From the IMG/VR virus record IMGVR_UViG_3300025653_003319: a stretch of 20,000 nucleotides of DNA, one strand, 5' to 3'. Origin of the DNA: an uncultured virus (IMG/VR IMGVR_UViG_3300025653_003319) (taxonomy: Duplodnaviria > Heunggongvirae > Uroviricota > Caudoviricetes). The notes under the pieces are model-generated. The model ran no database searches. It saw only the letters and a list, made by a program, of their open reading frames with translations, and was not told the origin of the DNA. Every line of letters starts with the position of its first letter. The stretch's first letter is position 1. The translations under genes and the position numbers were made by a program. Shown one piece after another: positions 1 through 8,968 of the stretch.

Positions 1-85
1 TTTTACTGACAACATTTTTTGCACCTTGCTTCATTCGGTCAACTGCACCGAATTCAACTTCGTTTATTACTTCATCAATTCTCAT
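1..85 (-). CDS. 5' part of a hypothetical phage protein running off the left edge (MRIDEVINEVEFGAVDRMKQGAKNVVSK...)
   Basis: ATG at 85-83 on the minus strand, AGGAGA Shine-Dalgarno just upstream (92-97), GATAAATA motif at 104-111, and an open frame to the window edge. Not in the ORF track because it is truncated. Confidence 0.7.
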   Translation of the reverse strand, partial: MRIDEVINEVEFGAVDRMKQGAKNVVSK

Positions 86-103
86 TTAATATCTCCTGCC
101 AGT

Positions 104-111
104 TATTTATC
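104..111 (-). promoter_or_regulatory. Putative T4-type late promoter (GATAAATA)
   Basis: Variant of the T4 gp55 promoter TATAAATA, intergenic and upstream of an RBS and ATG; the same motif recurs before other genes, and gp55 is encoded in the window. Confidence 0.55.
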
Positions 112-165
112 TCTTTTCTTATATCAATTAAATAATTACAAGTACAACTATTACTAGAGGAAATT

Positions 166-711
166 ATGAAATATGTTTTAGCAGTTGCACTGGCAGACGA
201 ACTCGAAGGATTGCAAGGCAACTATAACACAATTATTACAGGTGTTGGTAAGATTAACGCCACACTTAAACTCACTGAGTATTTGACAAATAATCCAGAT
301 ACAGAACTGGTTATCAATTATGGTACTGCTGGAGGAGTAGACCCTAATATGAAAGGCATGTTGCACATTGGAAAATTTGTACAAGCAGATATGGATTGTA
401 GAGAATTTGGCTTTGACAAATATCAAACACCATTTGAAACAAATACCCAAGAAATTGTGGTTGACCACAAAGGATTTACATGTTATACTCAAGATAAGTT
501 TGCTACAACTAAACCTGATGGTTATTGCAATGTAGTTGACATGGAGGCTTATGCAATCGCTAAAGTGTGTATGCATTTTGGCGTAGACTTTAAATGTTTA
601 AAGTTTATAAGCGATATAATCGGACAAGGAGATCAGACATCCGAATGGCAGGCGAATAAAGCATTAGGTGTCGAGATGTTCGAGTCCACATTAAAGGATT
701 TAATAAAATAA
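166..711 (+). CDS. mtnN: 5'-methylthioadenosine/S-adenosylhomocysteine nucleosidase-like (PNP/UDP phosphorylase superfamily)
   Basis: Motifs TGVGKINA, VINYGTAGG, VQADMD, T-QDKF, VDMEAYAIAKVC and KFISD match MtnN/Pfs (GIGKVNA, INTGSAGG, EMEA, RAISD). RBS GAGG upstream. Confidence 0.85.
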   Translation: MKYVLAVALADELEGLQGNYNTIITGVGKINATLKLTEYLTNNPDTELVINYGTAGGVDPNMKGMLHIGKFVQADMDCREFGFDKYQTPFETNTQEIVVDHKGFTCYTQDKFATTKPDGYCNVVDMEAYAIAKVCMHFGVDFKCLKFISDIIGQGDQTSEWQANKALGVEMFESTLKDLIK

Positions 712-713
712 AA

Positions 714-2699
714 ATGAACGAATTTGATAAAAACTTTCACATAAACTTTAGTCCACTTTACATTGCCGCAGTTGTGATGTTTTTTCTATTATGGGCAGTA
801 GAGGCTAAAGCAGACGAGATAGAAGAAATTGTTGTAACTGCTCAACAAGAAAAAGTGGTCAAAGCAGACCCAATAACTAGCGGTAGTTTAATAAGTGCTA
901 TTATGCCAGCCTTTACTTGGAATCCAGGTGGCTATGGAGGCTTTGTAGGTTTCAATGAAAGAGGTGCTCAAACATCTCACACTTCAGTTTATGTGAATGG
1001 TATCCCGGCAAATGATCCAGGGGCAAGTTGGTATGACTTTGGACATGACTTTGCAAGTGGACAAACAGTAAAAGTAATTACTGGTGCAAATGGTGTTATA
1101 TATGGCTCAGGCAGTATGGCAGGATCAGTACTTATACAGGATACAATAGAAAGAGGTATTACACTTAGAGTAGAAGATGGTATAAACTATGTCAGAGTTG
1201 CTCCAATAGATCAGTTAGAGTTTAGTACGGTTAAAGATGGCATGGATAGTGTTCGTAATGACAATGAAGAGGAAGATAATTACGAAAACAAAACTGCTAG
1301 GTTTAATGTAGATGCAGGAGACTTTACTATTGTAGGTAAGTTTACTGAATACGAATACGACTATGACAACTGTTATGATTATAATTGGGGTCAAAGCAAT
1401 GACTGTTTACAAGACGGCCAAAGATATAATATTGCTATTAGAAATGATTATATTACAATAGGTAGAAACTATAATACTGCTGAGTATTTCACAGTAGAAG
1501 ATCCTACATATTTAAATGAGGGTTATAGAGATTATTTTAGAATAGGCAATCAAGTAGAACTCAGTCAAAGTTTAAATGTTGCATTTGGTATAGATGTAGA
1601 AAAACAGTATTACAATACAAGCAGTTGGCAAAATGTGGAAGGATCTGAAACAGTTTTAGTAAGTGATACAAGACCAGGTTCCTTTACAGATGAAAATTTA
1701 ACATATAATGATGGTACATTATTACCTTTGTGGAACGGTACAATAGAACCTGATCTTGATAATGCATATGAAGTTATACAAGGTAACGGTGTATATACTC
1801 TAACACAAATAGATGAAAAGTATTCAGACGAAAATGGAGGTATATACTTTCAAGCCAATGCTAACTTTATACTAAATTATAACTTTGGTATTAGACTGGG
1901 CAACGATGATCAGAATGCTCTTAGACTGGGTATTGAAAAAGGCGACTGGTTCTTTAATATAGGAAACAGTTTTAGAAAGCCTAATCTATATGAAAAGTTT
2001 GGCGATGGATATGTACAAGGTAATGAAGAACTAGAACCTGAAAAAGGTGTAGGCATTGAATTAGGATATGGTGTGCTAAGTGTGTTTATGTATGATTTTG
2101 AAGAATCAATAGAGTATGTTCCAGGATATTATACAGACAATATTACAACATCATTGGAATTAGATGCTGAAGCATCTGTTAATACAGATGGTACATATGG
2201 TGGTTGTGTTTTAGATCCTAATTATACAGCATCAGATGGAATGCCATTAGGTTGTGCATATGAAATTGTAGAAGATAATAATCCAGTTTACACTATGGCT
2301 ACATATTCTAACACAGGAGAGTACACCACAGCAGGTGTTAGATATGCAAATAACTTTGGTCCTGTTTTTATAATGTTAAAATATACTGATACAGACCAAA
2401 CTAGAGTACCTAAATTTGCTGGTGTATTACAATACAGCGAAGACTTTTTTGATGTAAACTTTAGATTAAAGTACGCATTTAATTTAGATAGAGCACCTGG
2501 TCCCTATGATGTATTAGAAGAAGGGCAGGAGTATTTGGAAGATCTAAATAAGTTAAACTTATATGTAACCAAAGTGTTTACAAATGGCTTAACACTTTCT
2601 TTTAAAGCAGAAAACATAACAGATGAAATTGTAGAGGTTGTTCCTTTTTATAATACACAAGGTAGAGAAATTTACTTGACATTACATTATAACTGGTAA
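714..2699 (+). CDS. TonB-dependent outer-membrane receptor, BtuB-like
   Basis: Signal peptide ending AEAKA-like (WAVEAKA|DE), TonB box EEIVVTA, plug motifs RGAQTSHTSVYVNGIPAND and GANGVIYGSGSMAGSV, FRKPNLYEKFG...GNEELEPEKG, and C-terminal ENITDE...YNTQGREIYLTLHYNW ending in an aromatic residue. Substrate assignment is less certain than the family. Confidence 0.88.
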   Translation: MNEFDKNFHINFSPLYIAAVVMFFLLWAVEAKADEIEEIVVTAQQEKVVKADPITSGSLISAIMPAFTWNPGGYGGFVGFNERGAQTSHTSVYVNGIPANDPGASWYDFGHDFASGQTVKVITGANGVIYGSGSMAGSVLIQDTIERGITLRVEDGINYVRVAPIDQLEFSTVKDGMDSVRNDNEEEDNYENKTARFNVDAGDFTIVGKFTEYEYDYDNCYDYNWGQSNDCLQDGQRYNIAIRNDYITIGRNYNTAEYFTVEDPTYLNEGYRDYFRIGNQVELSQSLNVAFGIDVEKQYYNTSSWQNVEGSETVLVSDTRPGSFTDENLTYNDGTLLPLWNGTIEPDLDNAYEVIQGNGVYTLTQIDEKYSDENGGIYFQANANFILNYNFGIRLGNDDQNALRLGIEKGDWFFNIGNSFRKPNLYEKFGDGYVQGNEELEPEKGVGIELGYGVLSVFMYDFEESIEYVPGYYTDNITTSLELDAEASVNTDGTYGGCVLDPNYTASDGMPLGCAYEIVEDNNPVYTMATYSNTGEYTTAGVRYANNFGPVFIMLKYTDTDQTRVPKFAGVLQYSEDFFDVNFRLKYAFNLDRAPGPYDVLEEGQEYLEDLNKLNLYVTKVFTNGLTLSFKAENITDEIVEVVPFYNTQGREIYLTLHYNW

Positions 2700-2775
2700 A
2701 AAATATCATATTTTGATTTGTTTGAATTGAATTAGTAGTAAATACAAGTGTATCATTTAACAACATAGGACTAAA

Positions 2776-3039
2776 ATGAAAACTGATAAAATTATTAAGA
2801 ATATTGTATCTACTTTTAAAGATCTAGAGGAAAAGGCCAGTCACATTAATTCGGCAAGTGGTAAGACTGTAATTCACTCTATGATACAAAGAGATAGGAG
2901 AGGCAAGTTTGATAGTTTGGGATTTTATAATTCTAAAACTAAAAGATATGCCTTAGTTTTTATAAGAGATTACATTGCAAGAAATGTAGATGTAATTCCT
3001 GAACTGGATGACATGAAAAGAGTTATCACTGTAAAATAA
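2776..3039 (+). CDS. Hypothetical protein (87 aa, basic)
   Basis: ORF with AGGA RBS and GTAAATA (2738-2744) upstream; its stop overlaps the next start (TAATG). Confidence 0.7.
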   Translation: MKTDKIIKNIVSTFKDLEEKASHINSASGKTVIHSMIQRDRRGKFDSLGFYNSKTKRYALVFIRDYIARNVDVIPELDDMKRVITVK

Positions 3040-3245
3040 TGACCGACCACTTAACAAAAAAATTCACAAACAATACCTTAGAAGAAGATTTAAGAATTAT
3101 GCTCGTTGAAAAAAACAACGAGTGTAATGCACTTAGAGAAGAAATAAAAATGCTTAAAGTGTCTGTTGCTGAAGAGTCAGATGCAAAGTATAGAGCATTT
3201 GTTAAAATTTCTGATTTACAAAGAGAATTAAATTCGACTAAATAG
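3039..3245 (+). CDS. Hypothetical coiled-coil protein (68 aa)
   Basis: TAATG coupling to the upstream ORF; heptad-like helical sequence; 3' end overlaps the convergent gene by 18 nt. Confidence 0.7.
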   Translation: MTDHLTKKFTNNTLEEDLRIMLVEKNNECNALREEIKMLKVSVAEESDAKYRAFVKISDLQRELNSTK

Positions 3246-4046
3246 GTTGGCTTCGGCTACACGTCTATTGTATAATAATGTGCTGATTCCATTACCTCTT
3301 TTAATAGGTATTTCAGTAAACTCCATAAAGTATGTAGCACAATTATAATTTTCACTATTGAGTGCTTTTATTAATTTGCTAGTTGTAAATTTTTTCATAC
3401 CTATATCAAATGCTAGAGATATTAATGCAACTGTTTGATTTGTATTAAGCGGTACTTTGACTCTGTCTACTACCACACTAAAAGCACGGGTCAAATCAAG
3501 TTTATACAGCCTATCGATAAATTCTGGTTTTGCACCATTTACTAGACTATAAACATAAAAATTATTTATTTGGTCATATACAGCAATTGATTTTACTGCT
3601 AATTCATAATCAACTCTACCATTTTTAATAATAGTTGCTCCTTGTAAGTAAGCATGATTATTTCTAATAATTTTTCTTACATCAGGATGATCTAAATCCA
3701 GTTTACTATAATCATTGAATGCTATCATTTTGTTTGATATTTCTAGAGAACTCATTTTATGAGATATACCAATGTATGTTTCGTTTTGTATTTCAGTTGG
3801 CACAAGATATGTATTAAAATTACCAATTATAAAATCATTTGCATGTATTAAAATTTGAGTCGTATCTACTAAATTAGGCAGAATAAATTTAGGTACTACT
3901 GTATTTGTTTTAGAATATACTCCAGTAAGATAATCTGTGCCTTCAAAATGTGATCCTATATAAAAACCACCTGGGTTACAATAACTTAACGGTACATTAT
4001 CCGATGGATCCAACTGCCCTATATTTAGATCATCTATGTATGCCAT
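3228..4046 (-). CDS. GH24 (phage lysozyme-fold) protein, baseplate-associated, probably catalytically degenerate
   Basis: C-terminal VKVPLNTNQTVALISLAFDIG...SKLIKALN...RRVAEANLF matches the GH24 C-lobe. Start placed at 4046 (MAYIDD) because it forms a TAATG overlap with the gp5-like stop. Confidence 0.75.
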   Translation of the reverse strand: MAYIDDLNIGQLDPSDNVPLSYCNPGGFYIGSHFEGTDYLTGVYSKTNTVVPKFILPNLVDTTQILIHANDFIIGNFNTYLVPTEIQNETYIGISHKMSSLEISNKMIAFNDYSKLDLDHPDVRKIIRNNHAYLQGATIIKNGRVDYELAVKSIAVYDQINNFYVYSLVNGAKPEFIDRLYKLDLTRAFSVVVDRVKVPLNTNQTVALISLAFDIGMKKFTTSKLIKALNSENYNCATYFMEFTEIPIKRGNGISTLLYNRRVAEANLFSRI

Positions 4047-5656
4047 TATTTGTTTGTCCTTGAAGGACTTGGTTCTATACCAGGCCATCTTGTAATAATA
4101 GTATTAACTTTTTTATCAAATAAAAGCAATGGCGTTAATGGACTTTTGCCTTGTTCTGCTCTTTTAGGATAACCACCTGATAGTATACCTGCTAATTCAA
4201 ACGATAGTAATGTGTTTGTTGTTTCGGTTGTTTTTATGCCACTCATGTTAGGTGCAACAGGCAAAGGTGGCAAAGTCGGCAATGTTGTTGTTTGAATATC
4301 AACTGTGTCGCCAGCATTGATGTATGTTTTTGTTAGACCCATTATATGTGTATGAGTTGTTGAAAATATATCTACATCTCCCATTGACTTGATTTGTAAT
4401 GTAGGTTCAGAGGGCGGATTATTTGCAGAGGCTGGTGCGGCTATTTCTATTTGTGTGCCTGCCATATGTACTTTGTTATCACCAAATAATTGTAAACTAC
4501 CTGGCATTGTGGTACCAGCGGTTGTAAATAGTCTAGGTCTTGCTTCTATACTTATAGCATTAGAATACATATTAATATCTTTCACACCTTCGATGTTCAC
4601 ACTACCGTTATTTAATACACTCTGATATACTGGATTTAAGTATGCTAATTCTTCTACATCTACAATACCTTTTTGTGTTTCGTTAGGGTCGTTTGGATGT
4701 GGATAGTTGTTAGCGGCTTTGATATTAACATTTTGTCCTGCTTCTATATTTACATCCTTGTCCGCTCTGAGGTTCATATCACCTGATGTTCTTACATTGT
4801 AACTGCCTGTGCCGTAAATGTCTATGTTACCATCGGCATCTATTTCTATATGCCCTGTACCTGACTTATTAGATATGTATATTAAATTTTCTGCGTCATT
4901 GAGTACTATTTGATTTCCGCCACCGGTTCGTATTCTTATAAATGGATTATCGTTACTATCATCCATTACAAATTGATGTCCAGCATGTCTTAGTCCTGGA
5001 TCTTTAGGATTCTTGGGACCTGGTGTTAATATACCATATACTTCACTTGCGCCTTCCCGCCTAGCACCACTAGTACTTTGCCCTCTTATAAAATCATCTA
5101 TCAGTCCTTGTGAAAAAATAACACTTTCTAATTCGTGCATTGATCTGTCATCTGCTTTTACTTTGACACTTTTAACAGTACCGCTGTATTCTACATTATG
5201 ATCCTTGATATTTGCAGACATGTTTGCTTCATTAACAGGTGTCACTCCACCTATGGATTTTCCTGCTGGAATACCTGGTACCATAAAATTTCTATTTGTT
5301 TGAAATAAGCACCCTAAGATTATTCCGGAGAGTTGGCCTTCGTATTCATAAAAACCTACTACAACTTGATTACCATTATCAGGTGGTCTCATCCACATTC
5401 CATAACTGGTTTGTGCAACGTCAGGTGCATTTTTATCGCCTGTGCCTCTCTCAGGAGTTGCACCAGCAAATGGTGATGTCCATATACAATCAAATAAGGC
5501 ACTAGTACTTTTGTTTGTGCCTGTTAATTCTGGTATATGCACTAAGAGTATTCCATTTCTAGAAGGATCGTCTGCACTAATTACTGTGCCAAAATACAGC
5601 GACAAACCTTTACTTGCATTGGATGTGATTTTTTCTTTTATGCGGTTTGGTATCAT
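4046..5656 (-). CDS. gp5: Baseplate central spike protein (T4 gp5/VgrG-like: OB-fold plus beta-helix repeats)
   Basis: N-terminal GTVISADDPSRNGILLVHIPEL, YGMWMRPPDNGNQVVVGF, then GHQFVMDD...IRIRTGGGNQIVLND...HIEIDADGNIDIY and repetitive beta-strands (DMNLRADKDVNIEAGQNVNIKA). Confidence 0.85.
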   Translation of the reverse strand: MIPNRIKEKITSNASKGLSLYFGTVISADDPSRNGILLVHIPELTGTNKSTSALFDCIWTSPFAGATPERGTGDKNAPDVAQTSYGMWMRPPDNGNQVVVGFYEYEGQLSGIILGCLFQTNRNFMVPGIPAGKSIGGVTPVNEANMSANIKDHNVEYSGTVKSVKVKADDRSMHELESVIFSQGLIDDFIRGQSTSGARREGASEVYGILTPGPKNPKDPGLRHAGHQFVMDDSNDNPFIRIRTGGGNQIVLNDAENLIYISNKSGTGHIEIDADGNIDIYGTGSYNVRTSGDMNLRADKDVNIEAGQNVNIKAANNYPHPNDPNETQKGIVDVEELAYLNPVYQSVLNNGSVNIEGVKDINMYSNAISIEARPRLFTTAGTTMPGSLQLFGDNKVHMAGTQIEIAAPASANNPPSEPTLQIKSMGDVDIFSTTHTHIMGLTKTYINAGDTVDIQTTTLPTLPPLPVAPNMSGIKTTETTNTLLSFELAGILSGGYPKRAEQGKSPLTPLLLFDKKVNTIITRWPGIEPSPSRTNK

Positions 5657-5664
5657 ATTACTAT

Positions 5665-8661
5665 TTAACCACCGTCACTATTATTAAGTCTATCTATTGA
5701 TAGGGGATTTACATATCCGGCTGTCGCTAAGTCAGATTCAGTAAAAGTTAAATTGTTTATTGCATTCTCTAACGGATCACCTGAGTCAAGAACCAATTTG
5801 CCGTTTTCATCAAACTGTAATTTAGACGCATCTAAAGATGCTGATATTTGCTCCTCTAAGTGTTCCTCTGCCTCTATTTCTTCGGCACTTTTTGGAAATT
5901 GTCCTTTATAAATTGTTCTATAACATTGTAGAGTTTGTCTAAACTGTCCACCATTAAAGTTATGAAGTACTTTGTAAGGGAAAAACGTTCCTGAGAAAGA
6001 GTTGTCCATGGATAGATCATTTATTTCTCCAGTATGCCTGCTTGGATCATCATGCCATGTATCGTATTCTCTTGGAAACAAATATGTAAAGAAAAAGCCT
6101 ACTTCGCCTATTCCGTATGGTGCAATATTTTCTTTTATAGACTGTTCGCGTACTTTACCTATATCTGTTTGCAGTGAACCTAAATATTCATTGCCTGGCT
6201 TGTGAATAAATACATTGTTTACTTTTGGTGCTTCTTTGCCAAGCCAATAAGGATCTCCTTTGATAGTTAATTCCATTTGTACTAAGTATGGTGCACCCAA
6301 TTGGCTATTTGACAAAGCCGTTGTAAAAATACTTTTATTTGCAAATTTAGAGTTTGGACCTACTAGTGTTTTTATTTTTGGATCATATTCACCAAAAGGT
6401 AAATTCTCACCATGGGTGTTTTGAGAACCATATCCTGCTTGATCAAATTCAAATTCTTCCATATATATAGAATTAAAATTTTCTACCACAGAGTTCTGAA
6501 CAGTACCAGGGCCTACTCCAGTGGAGAATCCTGCAGGAACTGTAATGGAATTAAGTTCTTTGGTAAATTCGCTCATTTTTTCTTTGGCGTCATCTAACAA
6601 TGAGCCTGTGTCAATGCCATATTGGTCTAGTCCAAGATCGCCTACTGCACTTTCAATTTCATTAATAAAGCCACTGACTCCTTCGCTTATTTCATTAAAT
6701 GCACTATCTATTACTGCAAAAGGAGTAAAAGCATTTGCTGTAATTTTTGCTATCTGTTCGCTAATTTCATTTGATATAATGTCTTCCACATCAGACTGCA
6801 AAGTTGATATTCTGTTTGTGATTGTATCTAAATCTGAGGTCAAGTCTTTTATGGTTTTGGTTTTTTGTAATATTGCAACCGGAGAACTGGGTAACTTTAA
6901 ATTGAGTTTTCTAATATTTTTGGAATTTGGTTTTGTAATACCAACTGGACTCAGTCCAGAGGCTACTGCGGCTAAATCTTCTGTGAGTGTTATAGGCAAC
7001 TTTGCTAGTGTTGTAAGTAAATTTTTTGCATCTGTGGCAAGTTGTTCAAACTTCTCAAGAATTTGATCTTTTGTAGTAGGCCTCACTTTACTATTGAAAT
7101 CGTTAAGTTTATCAGTGCCTGCTGAACTTATTTGTGCGGCTGGCGACTGTGTGTAATTAGTTTGTCGTCCACCTGCAACTGGTACTAAATATCTTATACC
7201 ATTTTCTATTTTTAAATCAACATCAAAAATCTGATCATTAATGCCAGAATATGTATAAGCATAAAGTTTATTAATATTCCTGTCTTTTGCGGCTTTTACT
7301 AATTTAACCTTTTTCTTCTTGTCACCTTTTGTTGTACTGGTTTCTATGTCTAATTCTTTTGCATCTATCACAGATGATGAATCTAGTTTGCCGGTAAGTA
7401 CATAAGTATATTCCATTGCTGGTTTTCCAGTCGATGTATACAAGTATTTGTCATCAAATTTTTGCCACGTGTATTCTCTACGAATCGCTGGTGTAATATA
7501 TTGTGTTTTATCTTTATTGAGTTTTTCAGTATCTAATTGTGCTTCGCCTTCATCCATATCATACCTATGATTGGTTTTTGCATATTTGTGATTCATTGAG
7601 GCTAAGCCATACATTACAGTATCAACTGGGGTATTTTTTTTGATATGTATTTTAATTTTGGCTTTTTTGCCATCATCGGCTGGTTTTTCTTCACCGGCTT
7701 CTGCGGCCTGTTCAATTCTACCTATAGTTTCATTGCCATCTTCCTCGGTAGTGAGTGTTAAATTTTGCATTGTATCAAAATATTCTTTATCAATAGGCAT
7801 ATCTTTAAATATAGTTTTCAATCCAGGAAGTCCAAGAGGATCTAACATGTAGATGCCTTTTTCAATACCTATACTTGGCTTTGGTTTTTCTAATTCAATA
7901 TCCCCAGTCTGCGTCTTTTGTAGTTTTTGCATTTGTTTGGTAAAACTCTCAAACAATTCGTTAACTGTGCCTTTGTCACCTGATACAATTTTGATATCCT
8001 CCGGGACTCTTTGTACTGATGCATCCGCAGATGCAACTACTTCGTCGATTGCAACTGCTTGAATATTATACTCAGAACCTGTTGGACTTGGATTTACATC
8101 AAAATTTATAATTCTTATGGGTATTGCTGTGTGATAAAAAGGCTCAGCATTGTTAATATCGCCAAATAATTTATCATTTTCTGTTAATTTGTCTTCCTGA
8201 CCGATCAATTCTATTTCCAAAAGGTACGGCATAGATTGTAAAGGAAATGGGTCACTCTCGCCCAAAGTTTTGTTAAGTTCAAATTGAGATCTATTCAGCA
8301 AATCAATAAATGACATTCCAAATGGTTCTTTTAAATCAAAATGCATTATGTAATTGTACATTTTATGACCTTTCATTGTTGGAGGAGGCGATGGATGTAC
8401 AACAGTACTAATTGATAAATTATCTATTTGAAATTTAGTAACACTTGTTTGTGCAATAATAATCCTGTTACCTTGTTTTAAATCTAAATTCACAAGACCA
8501 TCAGTATAAAAATTAGATGGCAACATACTAAAAGTTAAACGATAAGTGTATGAAGAATATGCATCTGTAGGATTAAATAGGATATTGCTTTGCAATTCTT
8601 CTGGCAGTATGTGTTTGAATAGGTTTGGATTAGCAAAATATTCTGATTTTATTTCTGCCAT
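5665..8661 (-). CDS. Large baseplate hub protein (gp27-like) with long insertions
   Basis: Lies between the gp53-like and gp5-like genes; motifs YSSYTYRLTF, FDLKEPFGMSFIDLL, YAYTYSGINDQIFDVDL, ELTIKGDPYWLG, and C-terminal FSGTF...VLHNFNGGQFRQTLQCYR typical of hub proteins. Confidence 0.65.
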   Translation of the reverse strand: MAEIKSEYFANPNLFKHILPEELQSNILFNPTDAYSSYTYRLTFSMLPSNFYTDGLVNLDLKQGNRIIIAQTSVTKFQIDNLSISTVVHPSPPPTMKGHKMYNYIMHFDLKEPFGMSFIDLLNRSQFELNKTLGESDPFPLQSMPYLLEIELIGQEDKLTENDKLFGDINNAEPFYHTAIPIRIINFDVNPSPTGSEYNIQAVAIDEVVASADASVQRVPEDIKIVSGDKGTVNELFESFTKQMQKLQKTQTGDIELEKPKPSIGIEKGIYMLDPLGLPGLKTIFKDMPIDKEYFDTMQNLTLTTEEDGNETIGRIEQAAEAGEEKPADDGKKAKIKIHIKKNTPVDTVMYGLASMNHKYAKTNHRYDMDEGEAQLDTEKLNKDKTQYITPAIRREYTWQKFDDKYLYTSTGKPAMEYTYVLTGKLDSSSVIDAKELDIETSTTKGDKKKKVKLVKAAKDRNINKLYAYTYSGINDQIFDVDLKIENGIRYLVPVAGGRQTNYTQSPAAQISSAGTDKLNDFNSKVRPTTKDQILEKFEQLATDAKNLLTTLAKLPITLTEDLAAVASGLSPVGITKPNSKNIRKLNLKLPSSPVAILQKTKTIKDLTSDLDTITNRISTLQSDVEDIISNEISEQIAKITANAFTPFAVIDSAFNEISEGVSGFINEIESAVGDLGLDQYGIDTGSLLDDAKEKMSEFTKELNSITVPAGFSTGVGPGTVQNSVVENFNSIYMEEFEFDQAGYGSQNTHGENLPFGEYDPKIKTLVGPNSKFANKSIFTTALSNSQLGAPYLVQMELTIKGDPYWLGKEAPKVNNVFIHKPGNEYLGSLQTDIGKVREQSIKENIAPYGIGEVGFFFTYLFPREYDTWHDDPSRHTGEINDLSMDNSFSGTFFPYKVLHNFNGGQFRQTLQCYRTIYKGQFPKSAEEIEAEEHLEEQISASLDASKLQFDENGKLVLDSGDPLENAINNLTFTESDLATAGYVNPLSIDRLNNSDGG

Positions 8662-8662
8662 A

Positions 8663-8968
8663 TTAATTACCTGCTATCTGTCTTGCTCGGCTACCTGTGA
8701 CTAATCTTATAATTGTACCTTCTTTGAAATCTTGTATAGGATCTTTTATTATTTCTGGATTACTTAGTACCAATATCCACCATAACTCAGGACTACCAAA
8801 TTTTTCAAATGCAAGTAAGTCAGGCCTACTGGCATATTTTTTAGTAATTAAAAATTTTTGATCACTTACCGTAGATGGTACTGCAGGTAAATTCATGTAA
8901 TTTAAACCTGTATAAAACGACATATTTTGTGCGTCTTTTAAAAAACTGTTTTTGTTATATACTGCCAT
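8663..8968 (-). CDS. Baseplate wedge protein (gp53/LysM-like)
   Basis: Motif YASRPDLLAFEKFGSPELWWILVLSNPEIIKDPIQDFKEGTIIRL is typical of gp53/tail-X LysM-like proteins; position in the baseplate operon. Confidence 0.8.
   Translation of the reverse strand: MAVYNKNSFLKDAQNMSFYTGLNYMNLPAVPSTVSDQKFLITKKYASRPDLLAFEKFGSPELWWILVLSNPEIIKDPIQDFKEGTIIRLVTGSRARQIAGN

Noticed and set aside
86..165. Cobalamin riboswitch upstream of the nucleosidase-receptor pair
   Set aside because: The intergenic region is only 80 nt, very AT-rich, and has no B12-box or matching stems.
4047..4088. Upstream start (4088) for the lysozyme-like ORF
   Set aside because: It would overlap the gp5-like gene by 43 nt; the ATG at 4046 gives the TAATG coupling also seen at 3039 and 8968.
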